Shown here: positions 1 to 13,216 of the stretch, piece by piece
Numbering within the stretch: the first letter of the stretch is position 1
Layout: the number at the start of each line of letters is the position of its first letter
Assembly: GCA_002256025.1 (NCBI GenBank)
Contig: NKIB01014678.1
Location: 1-41,481 of the forward strand
Direction of reading: 5' to 3'
Length of the DNA stretch: 41,481 nt
From: Asterionella formosa
Taxonomy: Eukaryota
Notes under the pieces: model-generated
The model's database searches: none
Told to the model about the DNA's origin: nothing
The model's input: only the letters and a program-made list of their open reading frames with translations
Position numbers and translations under genes: made by a program

Positions 1-974
1 TTTCTCGTGATCTACTTCTAGATCTTTAGTAAACGTCAGAAACTCACTTTCTGCTTTACTTTATTGTGAGCTTTCTACTACTTAGAATAAGCTCCTTCCT
101 AAGATCCATTTTCGATCTTTCAACTTCTACTTCAATCATCTCGTCATCGTCTTTTCCAAAACAATTCTGTGGTCCCTGGGAGCCACATTTACTATAAGAC
201 ATAGTTGGAGCATAATCATAGTTCGAGTCACTTTTGTGACTCGACTCAAATGATCCCTTCACTATTTGTCACCCCAGTACCGTATATGCTCAGTCTATCT
301 GTACCTTGAACCATAATAGCCTATAAGTACATCTACCGGCTAAACCACTACCGGTAGTTATTTTCCCGCTAGTCTAGGTATAAACCTGGTTGGTGTGCTA
401 GTTGGTATAGTCTAGAGTACCAGTAGTTTTTTCTGGAGATACAAGTAGTCATGTTCATGAGCGCGCTACCCTAGCTAGAGAGAATGCTAGCTAATCGCTG
501 CATTCAACTTCTGCTAGAACCTATTAGCTAGTAAACTAGTTGAGCTTGCAAGGTACTACCAGGTAGTTACTTCCTCGTTCTTCCAGTATTAAGGGTATAC
601 CTAGTCTACTGGTAGTCTACTAGCGAGCTAGAGCTCTCCTTAGTAGAACTGGAAGATGTCGTAGAGTTCAACCAGCGAGCCATATAGCCCTATTTACTCA
701 ATGATATGGCATTAGGTAAATACCTGGTCCGGTACAACCGGAATAGACTACCGGTACACTTGTAATTACCACTAGATAGATATTTATGTGTGAATAGATT
801 TTATGTACTAATGCCAAAACGGCAATGGCACCATTTCATTTTCAAAGGGCATATTTCTGGCAAACTTTATATCCCGCATCTTAAAATGGAAGGGAGATTT
901 TTCTGAAATCAATACCAGCGATTGTCCAAGACCGAGGATAGCTCCATCTGTCCCGGGAGATTCATTTGAATTGC

Positions 975-2231
975 TCAAGAATGGAAGGCGTTAGTGAAAT
1001 CCATATTGCTCAGAGTGTTCTTGATTGCAATGTTCTCTTCGTCACCGTAGACAGATTGTTGGATCATCAGCGCCTCTTCAAAGACTCCTCGGGCAACTTC
1101 GTACTGCTTCAGCCGAATTTGCATGTAACCCATGTTGCACAATGTAATGGCGACATGGAGCAAATCAAGTTCTTCTCTGGCTGATGATCCAACTAATTGC
1201 TTATGGATATCACTTGCTTCGCAAAAGTTGGCGAGGGCGGCGACGTGGTTTCCGAGCAGGAAGTTGCAACAAGCAATATTGTTGAGCACCATTGCCACCG
1301 AAGGATGAGATACACCCACGGAATTCACTCGGATCTTTTTTGCTTCCACGAAGGCATGCAAGGCTTCCTGAAACCTTTCTATAGCAAATAATTGAATCCC
1401 AACTTCATCTAACGATAGCTGTTATAAGGCAAGAATAGGATGAGATTAGTCGACATGGAAGTTTACAAACAAACTTGTAGGGGGAAATAAGCACAGAAAT
1501 TAACTTACTGCAACTTCCAAATGGTCTGCTCCAAAGGAAACTCGTTTTGCAATGACTGCTTGTTGAAACATGGATATTGCCTTGTCATCTTGATGTAAAA
1601 TAAGATGAATGACGCCGATGTTGTGTGCCGTAATTCCTAAAAGGTACTTGTTTATTCCTCGTTGTGGATGGTACTTCTGTTGTTCGTAAGTCTTTGTGAG
1701 GTCCTGAAGAGCGACGCCAAATTCTTTGTTCTAAAGGTAAATATTTGTCGGGAATGAATAAAAAAGTAATGTGAGAACAACTTGTAAAATGCCTGCCCAT
1801 GCGAGGCAAAAGTCGCGATGGCCTACCTTGATAGCAGTGATGGTTCGTTGGAGCTGTTTGTTCATCGTTTTGTCGTTGGGATAACTCTTGACCCATACAT
1901 CCAATGGGACGGTTTGTGTTATTTTCTCTTGCTTGCCTGAATCGTCGTCTATCAAGTACCCCATAGAGATGAGGCGTTTAGTTTGCGGCATTAGAAGCTG
2001 GTCGACTGTCTCCTGAATTCGTTCTTTGGCACTCAATTCATCGATAACTGCACCAAGTCCAATGTATTCTATTCCGCGAAGCTCAATAAATTGACTTCCT
2101 GAAGTAAGACCTCCTCTCTCATGGAGCGGGAATGGATCGCATAAGCATTCACCCAGTATAGCGGAAACAACATTCAATGGCTTCGTTCTCGGTCTAGGAA
2201 GCTCTGAGGCAGTCGGCGTCATTTTGCTCAT
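975..2231 (-). CDS. TPR-repeat protein (kinesin light chain-like TPRs); 3 exons: 2231-1827, 1730-1509, 1418-975
   Basis: Minus-strand introns 1826-1731 (GTAGG...TTTAG) and 1508-1419 (GTAAG...ACAG) join three frames in phase. Spliced product reads ...TAIK/NKEFGVALQDL...GITAHNIGVIHL...AISMFQQAVIAKRVSFGADHLEVA/LSLDEVGIQLF...SHPSVAMVLNNIACC...VAITLCNMGYMQ..., which is the classic 'HPxVAxxLNNI' TPR pattern. Confidence 0.85.
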
Positions 2232-3824
2232 CTGGTTTTAGCTCTACGAGTGATGTGAAGATCAGTCCTCTGGTCTTGGATCACGATATAGGATCAAGAT
2301 AACAGTTGTTTCATTTACCTACCGGCATATTTATAGGACATGTCTGGTTCGTCTGGATTACACCGGTATATATGAGCAAGGGAAAACAAGTCGACCAACA
2401 AGTGCTATTTTTATATATTTTCATGCATGTATATAAGTATATATATTACCTTTTTTTGAAGCAATGTTCTTCGGGGACTGAATGAGAATTTCAAAACTAA
2501 TTCCGTGCGTGGCTGCTGTATACGGTATGTATATTAGTGGTATGCAGACTTGCATGATGTACAATCATACCTATGCTGGTGTACCGGTATACTTACTATC
2601 CAGCTGTTGAGGAACCGTCGTGTCGCTTAATGAGAATAAGTCTTCCAGCAAGTTGCGGTCATTTTGCTTAAATAAACATTTTGATCTGGAATAAAAAGAG
2701 CTAATGCTTTAATTCCAGCAAAATTACGGCAACTTGCAGATGTTTTGCCCATCAGCATGACCATGTTAGCCACCAGTCAGCCTACCAAAAATACATCACT
2801 TTAGACATAAAGAGGAAAAAATGATGTAAACAGTTGCTGAGATGCAGTTGTTTTCTACAGCCACTACAAATTTCAGCATAATGTTGATGACCACAATGCA
2901 AAGAGGCGTCCCCCAATATGTTTGGAGGTGGTATTGGCAACCAACTAGTGGCCAAAAGAATGTTAGCCTTCCTCCTTTCAGTCACACCAGAAGTAAAATG
3001 CCATGCAGGCATATGACCACTTCTGATAGGAGGAGTTTGATTGCATGCTCTGTTCTTGCAAGCTTTTACAGAGGCATTGTTATGCAATTCTTATTACAAG
3101 AAAGAAGAAGCATCAGCTAGAAGATCATCAAGGTTGACCGAAAATTCTGATCACAGAGTTTTTGTGCTGGTGCCCAAAGGCACAAAAAATCGGTACAGAG
3201 GTTCTGGATGCTGACAGTTCCCACCCCACAAAGTACATGTTTAGATTGGAAAATTTAAACTTGGACTTGATGTGTATGCTGGTTCATGGGTGTGCTCGCT
3301 CAATGTGTTGATTGTTGTTTACACCATTCCATGGATGCATTATTAGTTAGTAGTTCAAATTTCAATTCTTCTTCATTAACATGTATAGCCCTTTTTATTC
3401 AGGAGAGAAAGTACTACCAGTATTAATGATTTATCTACAAAATAAAGGTTTTCATGTTGAGCCTCAAACAGAGACTGAAATCAGCCTAATGAGCCAGAAT
3501 GATTCCGATCACATCCTAGCCATATCGTGCACCTGTACATAAGTAGGTATTAGGCGGCGGAGCATCACATTCTTAAACTACAGCATAGTATGCATTGCAC
3601 TTATAGATATACATACGATTTATAAAATCATGCATCATCAGCATGCAGAGTATTCCTGCGGGGATATCTAAAATTTTGGAAACAAGCTTTATCGTCGAGC
3701 AAACGGACACTTCACAGCTTACATGATTCCTTTTGTCCTGCAGGACAGGCTGCAACTCTGCTATCACCTTTCCCAAAGTCCGCCAGTGTTTGACTTCTCC
3801 ATACCGAAGCAATTGCAGTAAGGC

Positions 3825-6800
3825 ATGTCAAACGAGGACAAGAAGGTGAGAATGAATTCTGAAATCAGAAATGGGGTCTAGCCAATGACCCAATTGGCGG
3901 GTGCGTTGAGTCTATAATGTTGTGCTTACCATGCCGTACGCTTCATGCACGCTAGAATGACGAAGCCAAGACCGGTTTCGGAGGGTTTGGCGGATTTAGT
4001 GCTGCTAAAGGCTTTGGCAGTCTGAGCAATCTTGGGCAGTCCCTTCGAAAACAAGCAGTCGAGTTGGGGGAGAAGGCCACGTCGCAAGTCAGTGAACTCA
4101 ATGTCAAGGTGATGACGTCTAGTATCACTGCCTCATCACCCAAACAAGAAGCCGTCGAAGCTGAGGTACTCGCTGAAACTCCCACCAAAACTCCAGAAAA
4201 TGTTAGCAAAGAAGAACTTCTCGATGTCTTGCAGAAGATGAACAAAAAGGTCAAAGCCTTGACGTCGCAGAGAACTCAACTCGCTGAACGATGCAAAGCG
4301 GCAGAAACGGACAAGTCGCGTCTATTGAATTTGGTGCAGGAAGAAATTCTAAATGGAGATGTGAACCTGGAGGCTGGAAAAGATCAAATAGATCAACTCT
4401 TAGTCGCGTGGAGGGCTGCCGACGAGCGCAACTCCCTGGCCTTGCAAGAATTGCAAGCTGAATATAAAAAGGTGGCTTTGCAGGTTCAAGGAAACGTTGC
4501 CAAGGTGAAGGAAGCAGCAGAACAAGAGAGTGCAGCAAAGGCGGAAGGAATTCGGGCAGACGCGGTGGCCGAGGCAATGGCTACGGGCAATGAAGCTTGG
4601 GAAGAGATGCGACAGCACATGGTGTTGCGACAGAGGGAAGAGTCGGCCATTTTACGACAACAGCTTCACGAACAGTATGACCTTCAGCTAGCGCAACAAC
4701 AAGAAGATTTTCGACAAAAACTGCAGGAAGAAGTTGCTAAGGCTCGAGCGGAGCATTTGAACGCAAGCCCTCCGGCGGATTTACAAATTCGTGAAGACAT
4801 TGAAACCTTGAACACCAAACACAAGGAAGAAATGGAAAAGATCAAAGCAGCCGCTGCCGCACAATTAAATTCGTTCAAGAAGAAGGTTGCAATAGCGCGA
4901 ACCGCTGAATTGGAAAAACTGAAGGTGAAGTATCTTGAAGAAGCTGAGGCTGCAAATGCTGCTAGACTGTTCGAAGTCAACAATCTTCACCAAATTGAGA
5001 TTGAATCTTTGCGAGCTCAGCTATCAATCAATTCCGAATTCAAGCAGTCAGATAACTTATCTCAATCAGAGCAGCTCGTTGACCTCAGACGACAGTATGA
5101 GGCGGAGATGACACGAGTAAAGGACGAAGCCGAAAAAACTTGCTCAGAGAAGATCGACGAGAGCAAGCGCCAACTTGAAGAACAGTTCTCTTTGTCGATG
5201 GATAAACGACTAAAGGAACAAGAAGAAACTTTTAGAGAAGAGATGGATCGCGTACTCTCTGTCTCCTCAGAGCAATTGACTGCAATGGAAAGGGAGTCAG
5301 AATGTGCAGCTGAGCGGATTGCTTCTGCAGAGTCTGCTTTGCAGGCGGCCAAAAAAGAAATCAAGGACTTAAAGGCAACGTACGCTCAGCAAATTGAATC
5401 GATCCAAACTAAAAACTCATCTGAAATGGCTTCCATCGAAGCAGCGATTCGTCAGGAAATGGAAAGAAACCATAAAGATTTGCTAAAAGATTCCCTGAGC
5501 TCAGCAACATCAGAAGCACAAGCGAAGCTTGATGAAGAAATTGCTGCTCAACAACATAAGTTGGCGGATTTCCTCAAGGAAGCAGTTGCTGAAAAGGAGC
5601 AAATGCGATTAGAAATGGAGCGAATCCACAACGAAAAATTACTCGAAGCTTCAATTCTAGCTACGTCCAAAGCCGAAGAAGAAGTTGCATCTGTTCGACG
5701 AGAGCTCGAGATTGCGTTTGCAAAGCAGCGCCAAGATTTGGAGAATGCAAGAGAGGCCGAAATGCAAAGGCTAAAAATTGAAGCAGAGACTGTCGCTGCA
5801 CGGGCTCTGGACCTTTCTAGTGGTGTAAGTGAAGCTCAGCAAAAGCTTGATGATGCAATTGCAGCTCATAAGCAAGAATTGGAAAGAATCCATAAAGAGG
5901 CTGACGCAAGGGCTGAAAGTTTGAAAAAGGAAATGGAGCAATGCTACAACAAGAAGTTACTGGAAGCTTCAATTGGAGCAGCTTCTAGGGCCGCTGACGA
6001 AGTGTTATCCGTTCGGCAAGAGTTTGAGGCTCAACTTGATGTTCAACGTATCAATTTGGACAAAGCCAAAGATGATGAAATTCTAAGGCTAACAAGAGAG
6101 GCAGAGATAGTCGCTGCTCAAGCTCAGAATCTATCTGATGCTCTCGCGGGAGCACAAAAGAACTTAGATGACGCAGTTGCTGCTCATAAACAAGAGCTGG
6201 CGAAGGTACTCGATGACACATGCTCAGAAAAGGAAAATCTGATTAAGGAAATGGAGCATTCTCTGTCGGTCAAGATGCATGAAGCATCAGTTATTGCTGT
6301 TTCCAGGTCTACAGAGGAAAGTGTATCGCTGCGCAATGAGCTTGAGGCCGCTTTTGCCAAGCAACGCGAACAGCTGGAGAATAATAGAATTATAGAAATC
6401 AGAAAGTTGAAGGAAGAAGCGGAAATCGCAACTGCCTTAGCCCTCGAGCAATACATGGATTCAGCATCATCGAAGTTTGAAGCGTTGCGATCCCAGCTTT
6501 CGCAGCAGATTTCCGAGTACCAACAGAATTCACAATCTCTCGAAGCGCAGCTCGAACAATCGCAGCGGCAACAGGAGTCGCTTCAGGGTGAATTGCAGGA
6601 CTTAAAGGCCAAGGGCGCAGCGGCTGATCAAGATAAGGCTGCGATTTTGGCCGCAGCCAGGGATGGCGAAGAGTCAACTGGTAAGAAGTTAGAACATGCA
6701 CTGGAACAACAGCGAGCGTCCTTTGATGAACAACTCGCGACGATCAAAGATCGGTACTTCAAGGAGATGCAAGGTTTGGAGGTCAAGATCCATGAAGCTT

Positions 6801-9800
6801 TGGAAGCCAGAAGCATAGCCGAGAATAATTTGTCGAATATCAAACAGGAATTTGAATCCCTACGAGGGGCTCTATCAGCGACAGAACAAAAGTTGCTAAG
6901 CTCAACTGAAATGTCAAAGAATGCGGAGGAAGAGCAACGAGCTGAGTTTGCCAGTTTGAAGCAGTTGCACAAGGCCGAGATAGCTAGTCTAAACGAACAG
7001 CTAGCTGTGCTAAACGAAGACTACAAGATGAAGCTCACAGATGCCTATGCAGCACGGTCGGATGACGCAGACATTGTATCCAAGCTACAAGAAGCATTAC
7101 ATGCAGCAACGAGCGAAATTGAAAACTTGAAAAAGGAGCACGCATCTGAGCTCTCCTTGGCTCACGAGAATTTTACGAAGCAGCTATCTGAATCAAATCA
7201 AATGCTCACGGATAGAGCCACTGAAGCCTTGCAGCTTTCGTCAATATCGATTGAAGCAGAGGAAAAGTACGCAAATCTGCAAGCAAGACACGAGGAGCTG
7301 ACCGTTGCATTTTCGACTTTGCAAGAACAACAACAGGCGTCATCAGCGCAAACAAGTTTTCATGCGGAAACATTGGTTGCTCAGAACGAAGTCACTGTCG
7401 CTGAATTGTCCAAGTCACTGGATCTCATCGAATCAATGAAAACAGATCACAACAGTGAAATAGAGATTCTGACGTCGAAAATGACAGCTCACATTGAAGA
7501 GTTGTCAGAAGAAAAGATGGCTTTGGCGACGAAACTCGACGAATTGAAGGCGGCGAGCGACAAATATCAACAGAGTAACGAAGAGGAATTCTTGGTGCTT
7601 CAACAAAAGGTGAAAGATTCAGATTGCAACATGGAGTCAATCAATGCCAGTTATAACAAGGCGTTGGAGGAACTTCAAATTGCGCGATTAAACCAGTCTG
7701 CAGATGCCGATCAACGTGTTGAGTTAGCTCAAAAGGAGTTGCTTGCTGCCAAAGACGCCGAAATGGAATCTTTGAAGGCCGAATACGATGAGAAGCTAGC
7801 TGTTTTAGCAAAGAAGAACAATGCTGCTGTTGACCTTGTGAAGAAAATGAAAGCTGCAAGTGCGCAAAAAATTCAAGTTATCACCAGGGAGCTAAACGAC
7901 TTCAAAGAGCAAATGCCAAGAGAAAGAATCGAGCTTGAATCACGATTAAAGGCTGAGATCGAGGCGAATCTGAATGCATTTGCTACGGAAAGGGAAACAA
8001 TGGACGAAAAAATCAAATCCATGGTGAAGACTCACGACGACGACATGAGGAACCTGGAGGCTGCACACTGTGTTACGATTGATGCGATCCGGAAAGAGAA
8101 TGAGGAACTAATTGTTGTGCTTCGACAAGAACAAAGCGAAGCTGCTGCAAAGTTAGCAGAAACAGCAAGTTTGATGTCCAACCATGTCAAAACAGAATTG
8201 ACGCAAAAGCTTCAGGCAACGGAAGAAAACCACAAAAAGGCCCTTGTAGAAGCAGCTGCCGACAAGCAAAAAGCTCTTGCAGCTGCGAAGATCGAGAAAG
8301 AGGAGGCCGTCAAGGCGGTCCTGGTGGAATATGAAGGTGCACTGGCCAAGTCAGTGGCCGAAAAGCTTGCGATCGAAGAGAAGATTCAGCAGGACCTTGA
8401 CAACCGATTGAAATCTCAAGGCGAAGAGCATTCCGCCCGCGTGGAAGACCTGAAGAAGAGCATGGAAGCCCATGCAGATAAGCTCCAGAAGCACTTTCAA
8501 GACAAGATGGCGACAACCGAAGCAGAACATACGACGAAGTGCATGGAGATCCAGAACCAGTTGAAGGTACGTGAAGACCAACTCGCTAAGTTGGTTGGAC
8601 AAGTGAAGGCATCGTCTACGGAGATGACAGCGCTTCGAGAAGAGAAGGAGAGCATTCATAATAAACTTAAATCAGAAGCTGTCGTTCAACAAGCCTTGCG
8701 AAAGAAGTTGGAAGAAATGCAAAAATCGATGTTAGAAGTTCAGTCAAGCAGTTCTGCCACAGCCGCCTCGTTGACTCAAATCAAAATAGAACTGGAGAAA
8801 GAAAAGGCAACTCTACAGGAGCAACTCAAGGCGACGATCCAGGAACGTAATGCTGCGAAGAACAAGGTCGAGGAGTTATCTGGAAAATTAAGTGCACTTG
8901 GGTCGAACCTGTCGTCAATGCTCGATGAGAAGAAAGATTTGGACCAACGGCTACAGCAAGCAGCAAAAGAAGGGACAAAATTACTGGCTACAGAATCTGA
9001 GCTCACGACACTTCGTGAGCAAGTTAATGCTTTCAAGCTTGAACAGACAAAAAATCGCAGTTTGTTGGAGAAACTGCAGGCAGAAAAGGAAGCATCGGAG
9101 CAAAAGCATGGTCAACGCACTGCTCTTGCAGGCATGCTTGAAGAGCAATTAGCAGAGCTCAACGAGAAGAACAGTGACGCCAATGCGAAGCTTGAGGCCG
9201 CTTTGTATGATTTAGGCTCAAAAGACGAGAAAATACAGTCAATTCAAGAGCAACTCGACAACGCCGAAAGGGCACTAGCTGATTCTCAGAATGCAAATAA
9301 AAGAGCCAACGAGAATCTTACTGTTGCTCAAAGGGGGGCTGATACAAAGAAGTCGAAGATGGTGGATCAGTTACAACGAGAAGTCCAATCCCTTCAGCAG
9401 CAAATGTCTAGAAAGAGTGCAGCGGCTCAGCGGCTTATTCAGGAGCGAGAGGCTGAATGTATTGAATTACGCAAGCAGAACAAGTTTCTTTCGCAGGAAG
9501 TGGATAAAGGTAGTTTAAGTGATCGTCGAATCTTCGAGCTTGCCGCTCAGCAGAGCAACAGGGAGTCTGTGGCTTCAGCAGAGATTGAGATCAGAGATAA
9601 AGTGGTTGAGCGCCTGACTGAAAAGCTTGTAGCTAAAGATGGAGACCTTGCATCTGCAGAATATCAAGTCAATCAGATTGACAGCCAAGTTGCGGAACTT
9701 TGTCGCGTCCGTCGACGAGAAGACGTGAACTTGGATTATCTCAAGAGTATCATTGTTCAATACTTATCAAAACCGCCAGGTTCAACTGAGCGCGGAGCAC

Positions 9801-10045
9801 TACTACCAGTTTTGGCGACGTTGCTACAATTCGATGACAATGACTACAAGACCATCGAAGAAGGAAAGAACAAGCTCAGTTGGTGGGGAACAGTTGCTCC
9901 CATCTTTATTGAAGCGCCATCTCCGGCTCCTGCATCTGGTATGTTTCCTGTTGAACAAATATCGCCATTGCTGGGTGGGGGATCTGCTGAAGTGACAATC
10001 AGGAGTACACCGAACGGACGACCGAAATCTTCGCTTGAATTCTAA
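3825..10045 (+). CDS. GRIP-domain golgin (long coiled-coil trans-Golgi tether), ~2036 aa; exons 3825-3845 and 3956-10045
   Basis: Continuous E/K/Q/A/L-rich coiled-coil ORF with a C-terminal GRIP domain (VNLDYLKSIIVQYL...LLPVLATLLQF) followed by 'SWW'. The ORF stays open upstream to a TAG acceptor at 3953-3955. A micro-exon ATGTCAAACGAGGACAAGAAG|GTGAG supplies the start in phase (intron 3846-3955). Confidence 0.88.
5510..6460 (+). repeat. Three tandem 318-bp (106-aa) internal repeats in the golgin
   Basis: Units start at 5510 (SEAQAKLDEEIAA), 5828 (SEAQQKLDDAIAAHKQEL) and 6146 (AGAQKNLDDAVAAHKQEL). They share EME...K(L/M)xEAS...SxRxExE..., and the spacing is exactly 318 nt. Confidence 0.9.
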
Positions 10046-10152
10046 ACCAAAGGACCGTCGCCGATAGAATAAACCTGGCGACCAAAATAAAGAAAGTCGT
10101 TGCTCCTATTTAGTCGTCTTCGTCGTGTCGTTCTATTTGGATAAGTTACGAT

Positions 10153-13100
10153 TTACATTTGTGTTTCTTGCGAAACATGCGACGGCGGTGACACGAATGC
10201 AGACAGTGCAACAACCGACGCAGTGATATCATCATGTTTGGAACGCCTGGCTCTCCCCTTGGGAAGCGTCATCAAAGCCTGCAGACTGGTCATGTTTCGC
10301 GCCTTACGAACCTTGTTGAGTACGCGACGAACAATAACATCTGCAACCGTCGAGACGGAATCAAGCTTGGAGCCATGACTACTGTTTACGCCAAGACAAG
10401 TCACCTTGTGTTTCTTTGCCAAAAGCATGGCCACCGTACTGGCCCGACGATTTCGCTTTTGTCCTACAAGCGGAATACCACATATATTTTCATCATGTGC
10501 AGATTCAGAAGGAGTACCTTCACGGCGCCTACTGTTCTTTCTTTCTGTTTCAGCAATTCTCTCCGCCGAATAGTTTCGGATCCAACGAAGGATGTCCTCC
10601 CCATTACATCGTTCCCAAACGCCATCAGTTGCAAGAACTAGAACGGTGTCACCTTCCTGAGAAAGCAACCGACAGTTTGTTTCAGGTTGAGCTGTAATGT
10701 AGGGACAATTATGCCGATACGGATCAAAGGAAAGGAGCGAAGTTTTGAGATAGGCATCGCCCAAAGCGCGCGTGACGGCCAGTGATCCAGCAACCCGTTT
10801 GATGCCACCACCGATCCCCGCAGAAATAGCCTTTGGCGCATTGTTACAGCGTTTCCGCACCAAAGCAACTTCAATAGGATTGTACGCTGAATGATCAGTT
10901 GTTAGGTCGATGGGGCGAGTAAAGGGAGCAAGATGTAACGGGGGTGACATTTCTCGGGTCTCGGATGACAGCGTTTCATTTGATGCACCATCATCCTCAG
11001 AGTCACTTCCAGTACGAACAACTCGCGGAGGATACAGTTTGATAGGAGGAACGGGTTCGATTTCGGTGTCAGATTCCTCCTCTGAACTTATGGAATCGCT
11101 GCGAAGAGGCGGAAAAGCAAAAAAGGGAGCATGGTTTCCAGTGTCTCGGGAAGTTCGTCTGAGTCGGTGCGCTTGTCGACGTGCATATCTCATGTAGGGT
11201 GGATTCCTGAGGGAGTGATACTCATCATCACTACTCTCGGCATCATGGTCACTGCTGCTCAAGCACTCAGTCTCATCACTACTATGATGACTGGATTCAT
11301 CATCTGTGGTATCAGGATGGTCAAATGAAGGTCCTCCTGGAGGAAGGACTTCGATGGTACGAGGAGGTGCGCTTCCCAACAAGACAGCGCGGCAATCACC
11401 AACATGAGCAGTATACAACATTGCTTCATGAGCACGATAAGAGTGACAATTGCATCCACCTGGTGCATTGATCAAGCAATGCTGAAATGGGGGAGGTAAT
11501 GTAGTCACCATTGTACAGCCTCGAGTATTGCGCTGACGTTCTTCGACACTGGACGTTTCAAAGTCATCTTCTGTTTCCGTAATCTCAGACTCTATCGCAG
11601 ACTCGGTGTTTGGATCATCATTCAATCTTGAAGACGCAGATGACAAGCTGCTTATGGAGCTAGCGCTCTTTCCCTTAGCTACAAAGTCGAGCATTCGCCT
11701 TCGAGCAGCATCAAGGTTATGCGAAGTATCTTGACCAACCAGATCCCACTTTCCCACACTGGTCTTCGTTTTTTCAGCTGAAGTATCAGTCCAATCCAAA
11801 CGTTGCAAAGTAAAAACTACAAGCGCACAAGCGCCTACATTCCATCTTCCATTACTCTGACACGATGTTTGATGAGATGCGACCGGATCAATTGAATTGA
11901 TCCATCCTTCGTCAACTGCTAAAAAGGAACGAGTCAATGCGTTCTTCACGTTTGTAATCTCAGTTTCCGAATGTGTTCCCACTGGACCAGATGCATTACT
12001 CTTGAAAGAATCCTGGATAGATGACGCTACACTATTCTTTTCTGTGTTGCTTCGAGGTAACAGCGGTGGTGCCAAGGAAGCTTCAGCGTCGAGGGATGAA
12101 ACACTCGGGCCAACACGAAGGGCCAAATGTTTCACTGATTTACGAGCGACTGTATCATCTTCAGATGTAACACACGGGTTAGCTTTGTCAAGTTCTGTTA
12201 CTGCTGCCAGAGATTCGTCCGGAGCTCGATAGTGTACAGAATGTGGATTAGCATGGCTCCGATCCGAACTATGAATTAATCCATCGAGGTCGAGAGCATT
12301 CGCATCTCGCAATTCTCCGTTCACCGTGCAATATCCACGGTGAACAATCGTACACTGCAAGGCTCGTGAGACGCTTGCTGCAATATGCGGCAGTAATACC
12401 TCTGATGCGTAGGTAGCCACACAGCCTCCTCCATGACCATCGATAACAGACCACAACGACAGTCGAATCAACACACGATTTTGACACGATTCCTTATCTA
12501 ATTGTGGACACAGCAAAACATTGACCAAAGAGCAACTTCGATCTTCTGATGGGCAGTTCGCAGCATGTGATGATGTCCACATGCACGATTGTGGGTCTGG
12601 AAAGGTAGGCAAGGAGCGAGGCAAATGTATGTCATCGGAATCAGATGGTAATTCCCTTTGTCCAGAAATTTCAGAATCAGATGTAATCGCAGACTTAAAT
12701 TTCTTTTCCGGCAAGATGCCAAGCGAATCAGCCTCGCCCTTGGGATATTCTCGCAAAGTGACTGATAGTTGCCCGTCCAAAGTCCTTTTGGCCACCTCTG
12801 CTTTTATACGATCTAGTCGTTTGTTCGGCTCCCGACAATGGTCATCCGTAGAGAAACAGGATTCCTCATCATAATCATCGTCGATTTCCGTCGTGCTTTC
12901 TTCCTGTGAATATTTAAAATACAAACAGAGTGAGGAGGGAGCAACGGGGTGATGTGCCGATGATATCGGCAGGAGCTTTTGGTTGTCAGAATAGAATCGC
13001 TCCAGCGAAGACGCAGCACAACGATTTATCTGAATATCTTACCTCGTAAATTGGAAAGTCAACTGATTTCCGAATCGTCGATTTGAGAGAATCTGAGAGC

Positions 13101-13216
13101 TTGTTGTTAGGAACCGAAGAATCAACGTTCGAAGGAAGTTCAGTGTTGTTTCCTTCGCTTTCTTGGTCTTTCCACGCTACCTTTGTTGAGTCGTTATTCA
13201 GATTTTCAGAGTTCAT
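10153..13216 (-). CDS. PP2C/PPM-family Ser/Thr phosphatase with long low-complexity insertions; exons 13216-13043 and 12903-10153
   Basis: PP2C motifs in order: SEDR, VIDGHGG, GACALVV, LYTAHVGDCRAVL, LTTDH, LAVTRALGD, PYITAQPE, LATDGVWE, HDDITASVV. Intron 13042-12904 (GTAAG...ACAG) joins MNSENL...PIYE to EESTTE in phase. Confidence 0.88.

Noticed and set aside
4251..9995. Numerous antisense/alternate-frame ORFs inside the golgin (and likewise in other long genes)
   Set aside because: Ser/Leu/Cys-rich shadows of coiled-coil codon usage with no domain signatures.
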